Assembly: GCA_002503285.1 (NCBI GenBank)
Contig: DARI01000002.1
Location: forward strand, 150,424-214,423
DNA: 64,000 nucleotides
Direction of reading: 5' to 3'
Origin: Euryarchaeota archaeon UBA557
GTDB lineage: Archaea; Thermoplasmatota; Poseidoniia; Poseidoniales; Thalassarchaeaceae
The notes beneath the pieces were generated by a model. The model saw only the letters and a program-made list of their open reading frames with translations. It was not told the DNA's origin and searched no databases. The position numbers and the translations under genes were made by a program. Positions 19,669-28,957 of the stretch are shown one piece after another (the stretch's first letter is position 1; the number at the start of each line of letters is the position of its first letter).

Positions 19669-19895
19669 TCATATCACCAAAATTAGAGGTCAACAAAATT
19701 TGAGTCTACGGCAGAAAATAATTTGTCGATGCGAAAGTATCGAATTATCGTTCTCATTACAGGTGTGATTATACGTGCAATTTGGGGTAGACTCAACACT
19801 TCAACACCTCTTGGTTTTTCGCTAAATGGTGGGCGGTCTTTGAATATGTCCCTAGATAATATCTAAAAATGACCGACGCAGTTTTCTAAGATAGG

Positions 19896-20459
19896 TTGTG
19901 TGATTATGACATGAAAGATCCCGGGCTCTGTCGGTTTGGAGTTTTGACTGCATCGGATAGGGCTAGTCAAGGAGAATATATTGATGAAAGTGGACCTGCA
20001 ATTGAGGAGTTCTTAGAGAAATGTTTGACATCTCCATTCGATATCACTAGAAAATTAGTTCCAGATATTCAAGATGAAATTGAAAGTTCACTGATTGATT
20101 TAATTGAACGTGATAATTGTGATGTGATAATAACAACTGGAGGGACTGGTCCTTCGTTAAGGGACGTGACTCCTGAGGCGACTGAAAATATTTGCGATAA
20201 AATTCTTCCAGGTTTTGGAGAACAAATGAGGAATATATCATTAAAATATGTCCCTACTGCCATACTCTCTAGACAAGTGGCAGGAATAAGGGGTAAGTGC
20301 CTAATTATCAATTTACCAGGATCTCCTAGGTCAATTAGAGAAATTTTAGATATAATTTTTACCAGTGTACCGTATTGTGTAGATTTATTAGGTGGGCCCT
20401 ACATAACTACAAATCCTAAAATTATTCAAACATTCAGGCCTTCTAAAAAAAATAAGTGA
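19896..20459 (+). CDS. moaB: Molybdopterin adenylyltransferase / molybdenum cofactor biosynthesis protein B (MogA/MoaB family)
   Basis: Contains RFGVLTASDRAS, DVIITTGGTGPSLRDVTPEA and INLPGSP. The likely start is the ATG at 19911 (MKDPGLC...). Confidence 0.85.
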   Translation: MCDYDMKDPGLCRFGVLTASDRASQGEYIDESGPAIEEFLEKCLTSPFDITRKLVPDIQDEIESSLIDLIERDNCDVIITTGGTGPSLRDVTPEATENICDKILPGFGEQMRNISLKYVPTAILSRQVAGIRGKCLIINLPGSPRSIREILDIIFTSVPYCVDLLGGPYITTNPKIIQTFRPSKKNK

Positions 20460-20465
20460 ATACTG

Positions 20466-20861
20466 ATGATAAATTTTAAATTTTTTATTACTATAATTTT
20501 CAGTTTGATGTTTGTAGGAGTAGGGATAAATCATTTTTTAGATACTAAATGGTTTGAGCCGATCGTTCCTGAAATTTTAGGTAGACCTATTTTTTGGATA
20601 TATTTATCTGGAATATTTGAAATTTTACTTGGAATTTTAATATTATCGAAGGAACATAGAAAAATTGCATCTCTTGGAATAGTTTTATTATTAATTATTC
20701 TTTACTTAGCCAATTTAAATATGTGGATCAATGATATTCCAATAGGGGAGGTAAAATTCAATAATTTGGAACATTTTGCAAGACTTTGCATGCAAATAAT
20801 ATTAATTTTTATGGCTCTTTACATAGGTAATTGGCCTCCATTTAATAAAAATGATACATGA
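20466..20861 (+). CDS. DoxX-like small membrane protein
   Basis: 131 aa with four predicted TM helices. The pattern LSGIFEILLGILIL resembles DoxX family proteins. Confidence 0.5.
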   Translation: MINFKFFITIIFSLMFVGVGINHFLDTKWFEPIVPEILGRPIFWIYLSGIFEILLGILILSKEHRKIASLGIVLLLIILYLANLNMWINDIPIGEVKFNNLEHFARLCMQIILIFMALYIGNWPPFNKNDT

Positions 20862-20924
20862 AATATCAAATAAAATTAAATTATTGACACGAATGATTCA
20901 TGAGATATATGCCAACCGGAAGGC

Positions 20925-21749
20925 ATGGTAAAGACGAAGGGTGACGGCATCAGTGCCGCGAGAGGCACAAATGAAATTAGAAAAATAAAAGTAGAATTGG
21001 ACTTTACTCCTAATGCTCTTTCATCCGTACTTTATACTCAAGGAAATACAACAATATTGGTCTGCGTCACAAAGGCACCGTCTCTGCCTAGGTGGTTTCC
21101 AAGAGATTCTCAAAAAGGATGGGTTCATGCTGAATATTCATTATTACCAGGATCTACAAATACCAGATTTAGAAGAGAAAGGAGCGGAGCAAAGGGCAGA
21201 ACTCAAGAAATAGAAAGATTAGTTGCAAGGTCCTTAAGAGGGGCTATAGATTTAGAAGCATTAGGACCAATTGCGTTGACAATTGATTGCGATGTGCTCA
21301 ACGCTGACGGAGGAACAAGATGTGCTTCAATTACTGCGGCATGTATAGCAATGCGGCTTGCAGTAAGAAGGCTTATTTCATCTGGAGACTGTTTGCCAAT
21401 TGAAATGAGAGCTACTAAAGAAGATTTGAAGAATGGGTGGAGTGCACCTTTGTTGTCTGATGAAGAAAAAATCGCACATGAAAATACCGTTATTGTCAAT
21501 GATGTTGCAGCAATAAGTGTTGGAATAGTAGATGACCAGATTTGGACAGATCTGGATTACATATTAGATAGTAACGCTGATGTAGATATGAACGTAGTCA
21601 TGACAAGTGATGGAGAATTTGTTGAAGTTCAAGGGACGGGTGAAGAAGCTACATACTCAAGGTCACAATTAGATGATTTACTAGATTCGGCAACTTCTGC
21701 GATTATTCAATTACACGTACTTCAAAAAGAAATTTTATCTTCTAAATAA
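20925..21749 (+). CDS. rph: Ribonuclease PH (bacterial-type Rph) with an internal insertion
   Basis: GWVHAEYSLLPGSTNTRFRRE...AKGRTQEIERLVARSLRGAIDLEALGPIALTIDCDVLNADGGTRCASITAACIA and DMNVVMTSDGEFVEVQGTGEEA align nearly residue-for-residue with E. coli Rph. A ~30-aa insert lies between them. Confidence 0.85.
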   Translation: MVKTKGDGISAARGTNEIRKIKVELDFTPNALSSVLYTQGNTTILVCVTKAPSLPRWFPRDSQKGWVHAEYSLLPGSTNTRFRRERSGAKGRTQEIERLVARSLRGAIDLEALGPIALTIDCDVLNADGGTRCASITAACIAMRLAVRRLISSGDCLPIEMRATKEDLKNGWSAPLLSDEEKIAHENTVIVNDVAAISVGIVDDQIWTDLDYILDSNADVDMNVVMTSDGEFVEVQGTGEEATYSRSQLDDLLDSATSAIIQLHVLQKEILSSK

Positions 21750-21759
21750 TTAGTAAATG

Positions 21760-21835
21760 TGGTGGGACTGGCCGGACTTGAACCGGCGGCCTCCGCATCT
21801 TCAGTGCGGCGCTCTCCCAACTGAGCTACAGTCCC
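21760..21835 (-). tRNA. tRNA-Phe (GAA), CCA encoded
   Basis: The reverse complement reads GGGACTGTAGCTCAGTTGGGAGAGCGCCGCACTGAAGATGCGGAGGCCGCCGGTTCAAGTCCGGCCAGTCCCACCA. It forms a cloverleaf with anticodon loop CUGAAGA. Confidence 0.9.
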
Positions 21836-21884
21836 TTATTCAGTTCCCAAGACAAGTAAGACTTCAAACCTTCCAAGAATAAAC

Positions 21885-23084
21885 TTAAAAAATGTCATCA
21901 TCATCATTTTTTTCTTCAAACGAAATCATATCATTGGCCTTATTACTAGTTTTCTTAGGATTTATAGTTGAAATATCGTTTGTAGATTTATGTTTCGAGT
22001 CTACATCTGGAACTTTCGGTATTAAAATTTCTTGCTCGTCCATTCCCAGTTCTTCTGGATCAAGCCCCTGGTGAGTCGCAAGTCTTAATTTACGCTCATC
22101 TCTTGCCCTTATTTCCAATAATCTCTGCCTTGCCTTATCATAATGCTGTAACATATACATAGCGTCGTGCTCAAGTAACGGGGAGTCGGAAATTATAGTA
22201 ATGTCCATCCAATCTCCTTCTTCTGCAAGAAATTCTGCGAAGGGTTCAAATTTTAAATCCGATTTTTTAATCTGAGTATAATGTAGTGCATTTCCCATTC
22301 TATGCTCAACACCTGCGAAATGGCAATAAAATTTTGACCCACCATAATTTTCTCTTACTTGATCAAATAATTCTGCATAATCCTCACTTGTCCTCATTCT
22401 ACCATGGCCCCTGGCATGTATGTGAGCCATATTAAGAACTGGTACTGTGCCTTCAACGTGATTACATACTTCTAGAACTTCTTCTACAGTGCCCCATAAA
22501 TCCTGCCTTCCCGATGTTTCAATTCCAACTAAAGATGGTTCTGCTTCATGGACCCAAGGAAACGCAGAATATTCTTCTTCTTCTTTTTCATCGCCCCATA
22601 TACTACGTACTCTATCAACAACTCCTGAAAAAATATTCACTAGTTCTTCATTAGCCTTTCCTCCTGGCTCATAATCTCCATATGGGCCAACATGGTAGGT
22701 AATGTGTCTAGCATTTACTAATTTTCCAGCCTGCATACTAGCTTCCATTTTTGAAAGAGTTCGATTTCTTTCTCTTTTACTGCCTAATAATTCGGCGTAG
22801 TATGGGCCATGCATGTTCATCTCAAAATCTGATTTCCATGACAAAATTCCTGCTTGCCAATATTGATCAAAATGATGTGGCTGAACTGTCCTTACGGTTT
22901 GTACTTCCATCGCATCAAGTCCTAGTACAGTAATATCATCCATTCCTTCCACAATAGTCCTACCTTTACAAGAAAGTGGGACTCCAGCGGGACCTAATTT
23001 TAATGACATACTTGGTGCACCTAGGGCTCTTGGGAAATGCCCTCCCTTCAAAAGGAGTTTTCTAAAAACTTCAAATAATATCAA
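21885..23084 (-). CDS. AP endonuclease family 2 / xylose-isomerase-like TIM-barrel protein (endonuclease IV-like) with an acidic/basic C-terminal tail
   Basis: HGPYYAEL, ITYHVGPYG, VGIETSG and LNMAHIHARG match the four metal-binding blocks of Nfo-type TIM barrels. The likely start is the ATG at 23009 (MSLKLGPAG). The C-terminal ~70 aa are low-complexity, D/E/K-rich. Confidence 0.55.
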   Translation of the reverse strand: MILFEVFRKLLLKGGHFPRALGAPSMSLKLGPAGVPLSCKGRTIVEGMDDITVLGLDAMEVQTVRTVQPHHFDQYWQAGILSWKSDFEMNMHGPYYAELLGSKRERNRTLSKMEASMQAGKLVNARHITYHVGPYGDYEPGGKANEELVNIFSGVVDRVRSIWGDEKEEEEYSAFPWVHEAEPSLVGIETSGRQDLWGTVEEVLEVCNHVEGTVPVLNMAHIHARGHGRMRTSEDYAELFDQVRENYGGSKFYCHFAGVEHRMGNALHYTQIKKSDLKFEPFAEFLAEEGDWMDITIISDSPLLEHDAMYMLQHYDKARQRLLEIRARDERKLRLATHQGLDPEELGMDEQEILIPKVPDVDSKHKSTNDISTINPKKTSNKANDMISFEEKNDDDDIF

Positions 23085-23103
23085 TTAATTTGTTATTTCA
23101 ATA

Positions 23104-23757
23104 TTAATCAGAATATTTAGCCGCAATATATATCCCTTCATTGTCGAGACTTTGCAGTGGCAACATATTTAGAAAGTTCGCAATCCATTTTTGATATGGA
23201 ATATTACTTTCAAGTGTAACATTTAATGACCCCCTAGAATGTACAATTGTTGCTTCTTTTGATTTTTCATCATAAGTACAGACTATTGGAACGATGCCTT
23301 TTATTCTTATATTATTTAATAGATTATTCATTTCAATATTTTCTAATTTTGCAATATATTTTATAGCTTCAGTAGTCATAAATAAGATGTTTATTTGTCT
23401 AATTTTCCCTATAACAGCGCCCCACATTTCTGAAAGAAGAGTTATATCTTTTGGGACGTCAACTATCATAACGGTTTTTGATCCTTCTAATTCTCCAAAA
23501 GTCATTGAAGCTGCCCACGCATTTTTCGGAGATAATCCTTCAAGGACAGTAGTAGAGGAAATGATTAACCAATGTATATCTTGAAGATTTTTTCTCCAAT
23601 CAATATTTCCATAATTAAAATTATGGAAATATTCATGAGATTTTGAAGTTATTATGATTATTTTAGACCCCATTAAATCTGCATAATTTGACACTAATGC
23701 GCCCGAATCTGTCCCTTTTGGATTCCTAAAGTTAGCAATTGATACTGTGTTGTTCAC
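23104..23757 (-). CDS. Hypothetical protein
   Basis: 217-aa ORF with good coding appearance; no motif recognised. Confidence 0.4.
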   Translation of the reverse strand: MNNTVSIANFRNPKGTDSGALVSNYADLMGSKIIIITSKSHEYFHNFNYGNIDWRKNLQDIHWLIISSTTVLEGLSPKNAWAASMTFGELEGSKTVMIVDVPKDITLLSEMWGAVIGKIRQINILFMTTEAIKYIAKLENIEMNNLLNNIRIKGIVPIVCTYDEKSKEATIVHSRGSLNVTLESNIPYQKWIANFLNMLPLQSLDNEGIYIAAKYSD

Positions 23758-23793
23758 TTACCGCACGAGTATTGTAGAGATAAAGGACTTATC

Positions 23794-24852
23794 TCAAGAT
23801 AATTTCCAACGTAGAAGGGCTATTGCTCCTCCGAAACTTGTTAATTGTTGACCTGCGTCGTGATCTTCTGACGATTGGATAACTATGCCTTTTGACTCTG
23901 AAATAATATTAACAATAATCGCCCATGCCCTATTATCTTCAATATCTCCCTCGCGTAAAAGTGATGCTTTAATCACCAATTTTTCTACTGCTCCAAGATT
24001 CGAGGCCTCATATATTTCATCAATTCCAAAGCACACATTACCACCCATAGAGATTCTTTTCAGCCCTTCTTCTATTGTCCTAATTTGTTCTATTAGGGCA
24101 TTTTTCCCTATTAAATTATCTGCTAGTCCTTCTGCAAGAACTTCATTTGCTGCTGACCTCCCCCCAATAGAAGTTGGAGCATTGAGACATTCATTTTTCG
24201 CACCTAAATTTCTAAGGTTTTTCTCGAATGACTCTCTTGCAAGTCCTGGGCCACAAATAATCAAGGGAATTTGGTTATTGAAAATTAACATACATTCTTT
24301 AGCAACCTTTACAAAAAAATTTTTTCTAATTTCAGTTGTATCTGAATATCTTTTCCCTCCTCCCCTCATTGAAAATGATGAAATATTTCTCATGCCATGT
24401 TGTGTAACTTCGAATACTAAAATATCATCATTTTCTACAACTATTAATCCAGAATTTATTTTTTTTGAATTTGAAAAAGATTCTTTTAGTAAATCTCTAT
24501 CATAATTTGGCATTCCGCCTTCTCTAGTTATTTCTAACTCGCTTCCCACAATTATAATATGAGTATGGTGACTTCCAATATCTATTGTTGCTTCAGATAT
24601 AACTCCATGGATTCTCAAATTCTCGGAAAATGATTGAAATGATCCAGATAGAACTTTCAAAACAATCCACATTGGTTTCCTCTCGGCACTCTTTGCCCTT
24701 CCATCTTCTTGAGTTCCAGTCGTAGAATCTCTACGATTTGAAAGCATACCCAAGTAGGTGCCATTGCTACAAATTTGATATAAAGTCCAAAGATCACTTT
24801 CGTTATCCACCCTAATCCTAAAGCCTTCATCAAGGGTTTTAATTTTACGCAA
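23794..24852 (-). CDS. pelA: Pelota / Dom34 (mRNA surveillance, aRF1-related)
   Basis: 352 aa. The N-terminus FRIRVDNESDLWTLYQICSNGTYLGMLSNRR matches the pelota N-terminal domain. It has the eRF1-like three-domain length. Confidence 0.8.
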   Translation of the reverse strand: MRKIKTLDEGFRIRVDNESDLWTLYQICSNGTYLGMLSNRRDSTTGTQEDGRAKSAERKPMWIVLKVLSGSFQSFSENLRIHGVISEATIDIGSHHTHIIIVGSELEITREGGMPNYDRDLLKESFSNSKKINSGLIVVENDDILVFEVTQHGMRNISSFSMRGGGKRYSDTTEIRKNFFVKVAKECMLIFNNQIPLIICGPGLARESFEKNLRNLGAKNECLNAPTSIGGRSAANEVLAEGLADNLIGKNALIEQIRTIEEGLKRISMGGNVCFGIDEIYEASNLGAVEKLVIKASLLREGDIEDNRAWAIIVNIISESKGIVIQSSEDHDAGQQLTSFGGAIALLRWKLS

Positions 24853-24862
24853 TTTAACTCAC

Positions 24863-26584
24863 TTATCCGAATACGCCTGTTAAATTACCATCTTCATCCA
24901 TATCCATATCAAGGGCAGCGGGCCTTGAAGGTAGACCTGGCATAGTCATCATAGAACCGCATACTGCTACAATAAAACCTGCTCCAGAATTTATCCTGAG
25001 TTCTCTAATTGGCATTATAAATCCATCTGGTGCACCCAATATTTTCTTATCATGACTAAATGAATATTGATTTTTAGCCATACAGACAGGTAGAGTATTT
25101 TTATTCCATTTTTCTATTGTTTTTAGTGTCCTAATGGCGGCGGGACTAAAATCGACTGTCTGCGCACCATATACATTTGTTGCAATTTTCAATATTTTTT
25201 GCCTTACATCTAAAGTTGGATCAACGATAGGGACGTATGGACTACTAGCTTGATTATGGTTATTGCAGGCTGCGACTACTGCATCTGCGAGATCCATTGC
25301 TCCAATGCCTCCTCTGGAGTGGCCTTCAAAAAGTACTACTGCATCAGCCCCTGCCTTTTTTGCTTCATTAGTTAATGCGTCTATTTCACCGATTGTATCC
25401 GTTGAAAATTTATTTATGGAGACAACAATGGGTATTTTTGTAGATGTTAGATTCCTAATATGCCTCCTTAAATTAGTAGCAGAGCCTTTTCTGACTGCAT
25501 CGATATTTTCCAAACTTATTTCTGATTCGTTGGGTCTGGCGCCCCCTCCTGTAGAAAATCCTCCTCCATGTAGTTTCATGCTCCTAATAGTAACATTTAA
25601 TACAATACAACTAGGGATAATTCCTGATGCTAATGATTTGATATTAAGTGCCTTCTCAGCCCCCATCTCAGCCCCAAATCCTGCTTCTGTAACGACAAAA
25701 TCTGAACATGATAATGCAATTTTATCAGCAATTATTGAAGAGTTTCCATGTGCAATATTTGCAAATGGGCCGCAGTGAACAAACGCAGGATTTCCCTCTA
25801 TTGTTTGAACTAAATTTGGCAGAAATGCATCCCTAAGTAAGAGCCCCATGGCGCCTGCAGCGCCTATATCATTTGCAGTAACAGGTTCTCCATCTTTTGT
25901 TTCAGCAACTATGATTCGCCCTAATCTCGATCTTAAGTCTTTATAGTCCGACGATAATGACAAAATTGCCATTACTTCGCTTGCGGCTGTAATGTCAAAA
26001 CGATCTGTTCTATCAAGTCCGTTTGAAGCCCCTCCTAAGCCTATTATTACTTCTCGTAAACTTCTATCATTCATATCTATAACTCTCGGCCAAAATATCC
26101 TATTTGTATCAATTTTAATTTGATTACCCCTGTGTAAGTAATTATCTAAAATTGCAGAACATAAATTATGTGCAGAAGTTATAGCATGTAAATCACCAGT
26201 AAAATGCAGATTGATTTGTTCCATAGGCAGTACTTGGGAAAATCCCCCTCCTGCGGCACCACCTTTAATTCCAAAAACGGGCCCTAATGAAGGTTCTCTG
26301 ATGACGCAGCATGCATTATGTCCTTGTTTATTCAGTCCTTGATTAAGCCCAATTGTTGTTACAGTTTTACCTTCACCAAAAGGCGTTGGATTGACGCTCG
26401 TAACAAGAACCAATGAACCTTGTTTGTTAGTAATATTTTTTTGTAATGCTTTCCAAGATATTTTGGCTATGTAGGGGCCCTGTAAAATCAAGTCACTGCG
26501 GTCCAAATTTAATTGCTTTGCAATTATTTCTATCGCTGCAGGTTTTGCTGCTCTTGCAATGTCTAAGTCGCTGTCCATATTCAT
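24863..26584 (-). CDS. fhs: Formate--tetrahydrofolate ligase
   Basis: 573 aa. NPTPFGEGKTVTTIGL is the FTHFS P-loop signature, and the overall length fits. Confidence 0.85.
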   Translation of the reverse strand: MNMDSDLDIARAAKPAAIEIIAKQLNLDRSDLILQGPYIAKISWKALQKNITNKQGSLVLVTSVNPTPFGEGKTVTTIGLNQGLNKQGHNACCVIREPSLGPVFGIKGGAAGGGFSQVLPMEQINLHFTGDLHAITSAHNLCSAILDNYLHRGNQIKIDTNRIFWPRVIDMNDRSLREVIIGLGGASNGLDRTDRFDITAASEVMAILSLSSDYKDLRSRLGRIIVAETKDGEPVTANDIGAAGAMGLLLRDAFLPNLVQTIEGNPAFVHCGPFANIAHGNSSIIADKIALSCSDFVVTEAGFGAEMGAEKALNIKSLASGIIPSCIVLNVTIRSMKLHGGGFSTGGGARPNESEISLENIDAVRKGSATNLRRHIRNLTSTKIPIVVSINKFSTDTIGEIDALTNEAKKAGADAVVLFEGHSRGGIGAMDLADAVVAACNNHNQASSPYVPIVDPTLDVRQKILKIATNVYGAQTVDFSPAAIRTLKTIEKWNKNTLPVCMAKNQYSFSHDKKILGAPDGFIMPIRELRINSGAGFIVAVCGSMMTMPGLPSRPAALDMDMDEDGNLTGVFG

Positions 26585-26640
26585 TCCGTGGAAGTAACCT
26601 TGTTTGAAACCTTCATTGCTAATAATCGATTGGCACGCAT

Positions 26641-27369
26641 ATGATTATGCCAGAGTACTGGGGAATTGCAGGTCATCCAATAAAACATTCTCTGACTCCC
26701 AAGATTTTCAAAATAATAGGTAAGCACCTTGGAATTGTTAATCCAAAAATGGTGTTTATTGATGTCGAAAATATAGAGGAATTTGAAAATAAAATTAATA
26801 TGTTAGAGGGGAATATTTGGATATCAATTACAACTCCTTTGAAGCATGCTATTGGCACCCTGATAGATAATAGTCAAGATTCTGGAGTAAATTCAATTAA
26901 TCAGATAATGAGAATTTCGGATAAAATATTTGGAATTGATACTGATGGTGATGGATTTGTTAATGCATTAAGATACTTTGGAATTAGTATAAGTGGCTCT
27001 AAATTAAAATTAAAGGGAGGAGGTTCTACCGCTAGGTCCATTGCAAATTCATGGAGTAAAGAAGGTGGCGAGTTAATAATAATTGAAGGAAGGCGTAAAT
27101 TAATTAATGGATCTTGGGATAAATCTATAATTAAAGATACTGAGTCAGATTTTTTCCTAGATTTGGATGAAAATCCAGGATCCCTGATTAATAAAGATTC
27201 TATGCAAAATAAATTATCCATCACTTATAATAAATTCTCAACTGAAAATGATTTTGCAATTGTTATGTTAGTTGCTCAACAATTGAAGGCTTGGGAAATA
27301 TTTTATAAAAATGAAGAATTAAATTTACCAAGTATTAAAATTGTATTAAATGAGTTATTTAATTCCTAA
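26641..27369 (+). CDS. aroE: Shikimate 5-dehydrogenase-like (AroE family)
   Basis: YWGIAGHPIKHSLTPKIF is the AroE N-terminal substrate motif, and LKGGGSTARSIA is the Rossmann motif. At 242 aa it is rather short. Confidence 0.6.
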   Translation: MIMPEYWGIAGHPIKHSLTPKIFKIIGKHLGIVNPKMVFIDVENIEEFENKINMLEGNIWISITTPLKHAIGTLIDNSQDSGVNSINQIMRISDKIFGIDTDGDGFVNALRYFGISISGSKLKLKGGGSTARSIANSWSKEGGELIIIEGRRKLINGSWDKSIIKDTESDFFLDLDENPGSLINKDSMQNKLSITYNKFSTENDFAIVMLVAQQLKAWEIFYKNEELNLPSIKIVLNELFNS

Positions 27370-28916
27370 AGAGGAATATTGCTATGTTTTTTTGGTAATG
27401 TAAATTCTCTCTTAGATAACAACGGCCTTAATGCCCTTACTAAATATTCACGAGTCAGGCTAGGGTCAATAATGTCTTCAAGCCAACCTTTTTTTGCAGC
27501 AGATAAAGGATTATCAAATTTCATCATTTCATAATTTAGTATTTGCCCATATCTTTCTTCATAATCTCCAGAACCAGATATTTCTTCATCATATCTAGTA
27601 TTGGTAATCCATTTAGAATCCATCAGAGCAATGTCTCCTGATGGCCATGAAACATTATAATCTGAACCAAGTTGTTTACAGCCCATGGCTAAATATGCTT
27701 CACCATATGCTTTTTTCATGATTACAGATAATTTAGGAACTGTAGCTTCAGAATAAGCAAAAAGTAATTTTGCGCTGTCCCTAATTATTCCTTCCCATTC
27801 TTGAATTGCCCCTGGAATAAAACCTGGCGAATCCACAAAAGAAATAATGGGGAGGTTGAAGCAATCGCAGAAACTAATAAATCTGGCAGCCTTAATGGAT
27901 GATTTTGCGTCGAGGAATCCTGATAAAGAATTAGGTTGATTTGCGACGATACCAATTGAATATCCATCTAAACGTGCAAATCCTATCACCAAATTACGCG
28001 CATAATTGGGAAATAATTCTAAAAAACTATCTTTATCTGTAACTTGAGATATAACTGATTTGACATCATATGGTGATTTCTGATCATTGTTGATTATCTT
28101 ATCCAAAGAATGGCATTTACGATTCCATGGATCATCATTTTTTTCTATAATAGGATTAGAAGACATATTATCAGGAATATAAGAAATTATCTTCGATGCC
28201 ATGTCTAATGCGTTGTTTTCATCTTCAGCCAATAAACATGCAATACCGCTTCTAGCATCATATGTAGCCATATCTTCCATAAAGTTAATTTCTTCTTCGG
28301 ATTCATGCCTATTATAATCAGGATTTGAGAGAGAGATTTTTCCCGACGATGTGCCCATGATGGTGAAATCAGACAACCCTACTGCTAAGGCGCCGACTCC
28401 AGAAAGGTTACCTAAAACTATCGATATCAAAGGAACTCTTCCGGAACAAGCAGATAATATATTTAGAATTTCTCCAGATGGGCCTAATGATTTAATGCCC
28501 TCTTCGGGCCTTTGGCCTATGCCATCCCAAATTGCAATAACTGGCAAGAGAGATTTCTCAGCAAATTCTAAAATCTTGACAATTTTTTTTGCGTGCATTT
28601 CCCCAATTGATCCGGAGAATATAGATTTATCTTGAGAAAAACAAACGACTCTTCTGTCATTTAGCATACCATGCCCTGCAACAATGCCATCACCGAGCGA
28701 TTTATGTAAATGTAAATTATAATCATATGAACGGTGATTTACAAATGCATCTATTTCTACAAAGGAATCTGAATCAAGTAAAGAAATGATTCTTTCTCTA
28801 GCATTTAATTTTCCCTCGGACCTTAATTTTGCCAATACTTCCTTATCTCCAGAATTTTGAGCATCATATTGGATTGCATCTAGATTTTCACTTGGAGACA
28901 CTCCCGCCATGGGCAT
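27366..28916 (-). CDS. Acyl-CoA carboxylase carboxyltransferase subunit (PccB / methylmalonyl-CoA decarboxylase alpha family)
   Basis: 516 aa with two carboxyltransferase half-domains. Motifs include ARERIISLLDSDSFVEID and GGSIGEMHAKK. Confidence 0.8.
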   Translation of the reverse strand: MPMAGVSPSENLDAIQYDAQNSGDKEVLAKLRSEGKLNARERIISLLDSDSFVEIDAFVNHRSYDYNLHLHKSLGDGIVAGHGMLNDRRVVCFSQDKSIFSGSIGEMHAKKIVKILEFAEKSLLPVIAIWDGIGQRPEEGIKSLGPSGEILNILSACSGRVPLISIVLGNLSGVGALAVGLSDFTIMGTSSGKISLSNPDYNRHESEEEINFMEDMATYDARSGIACLLAEDENNALDMASKIISYIPDNMSSNPIIEKNDDPWNRKCHSLDKIINNDQKSPYDVKSVISQVTDKDSFLELFPNYARNLVIGFARLDGYSIGIVANQPNSLSGFLDAKSSIKAARFISFCDCFNLPIISFVDSPGFIPGAIQEWEGIIRDSAKLLFAYSEATVPKLSVIMKKAYGEAYLAMGCKQLGSDYNVSWPSGDIALMDSKWITNTRYDEEISGSGDYEERYGQILNYEMMKFDNPLSAAKKGWLEDIIDPSLTREYLVRALRPLLSKREFTLPKKHSNIPL

Positions 28917-28957
28917 GGGTCGTGTAACGGGTTCATCATTAAAGCGGATGGAAATAA

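Noticed and set aside
19669-19895. Possible Moco riboswitch upstream of moaB
   Set aside because: The Moco riboswitch is a bacterial element with a characteristic multi-stem structure that I could not recognise here. It is kept only as a low-interest unexplained spacer.
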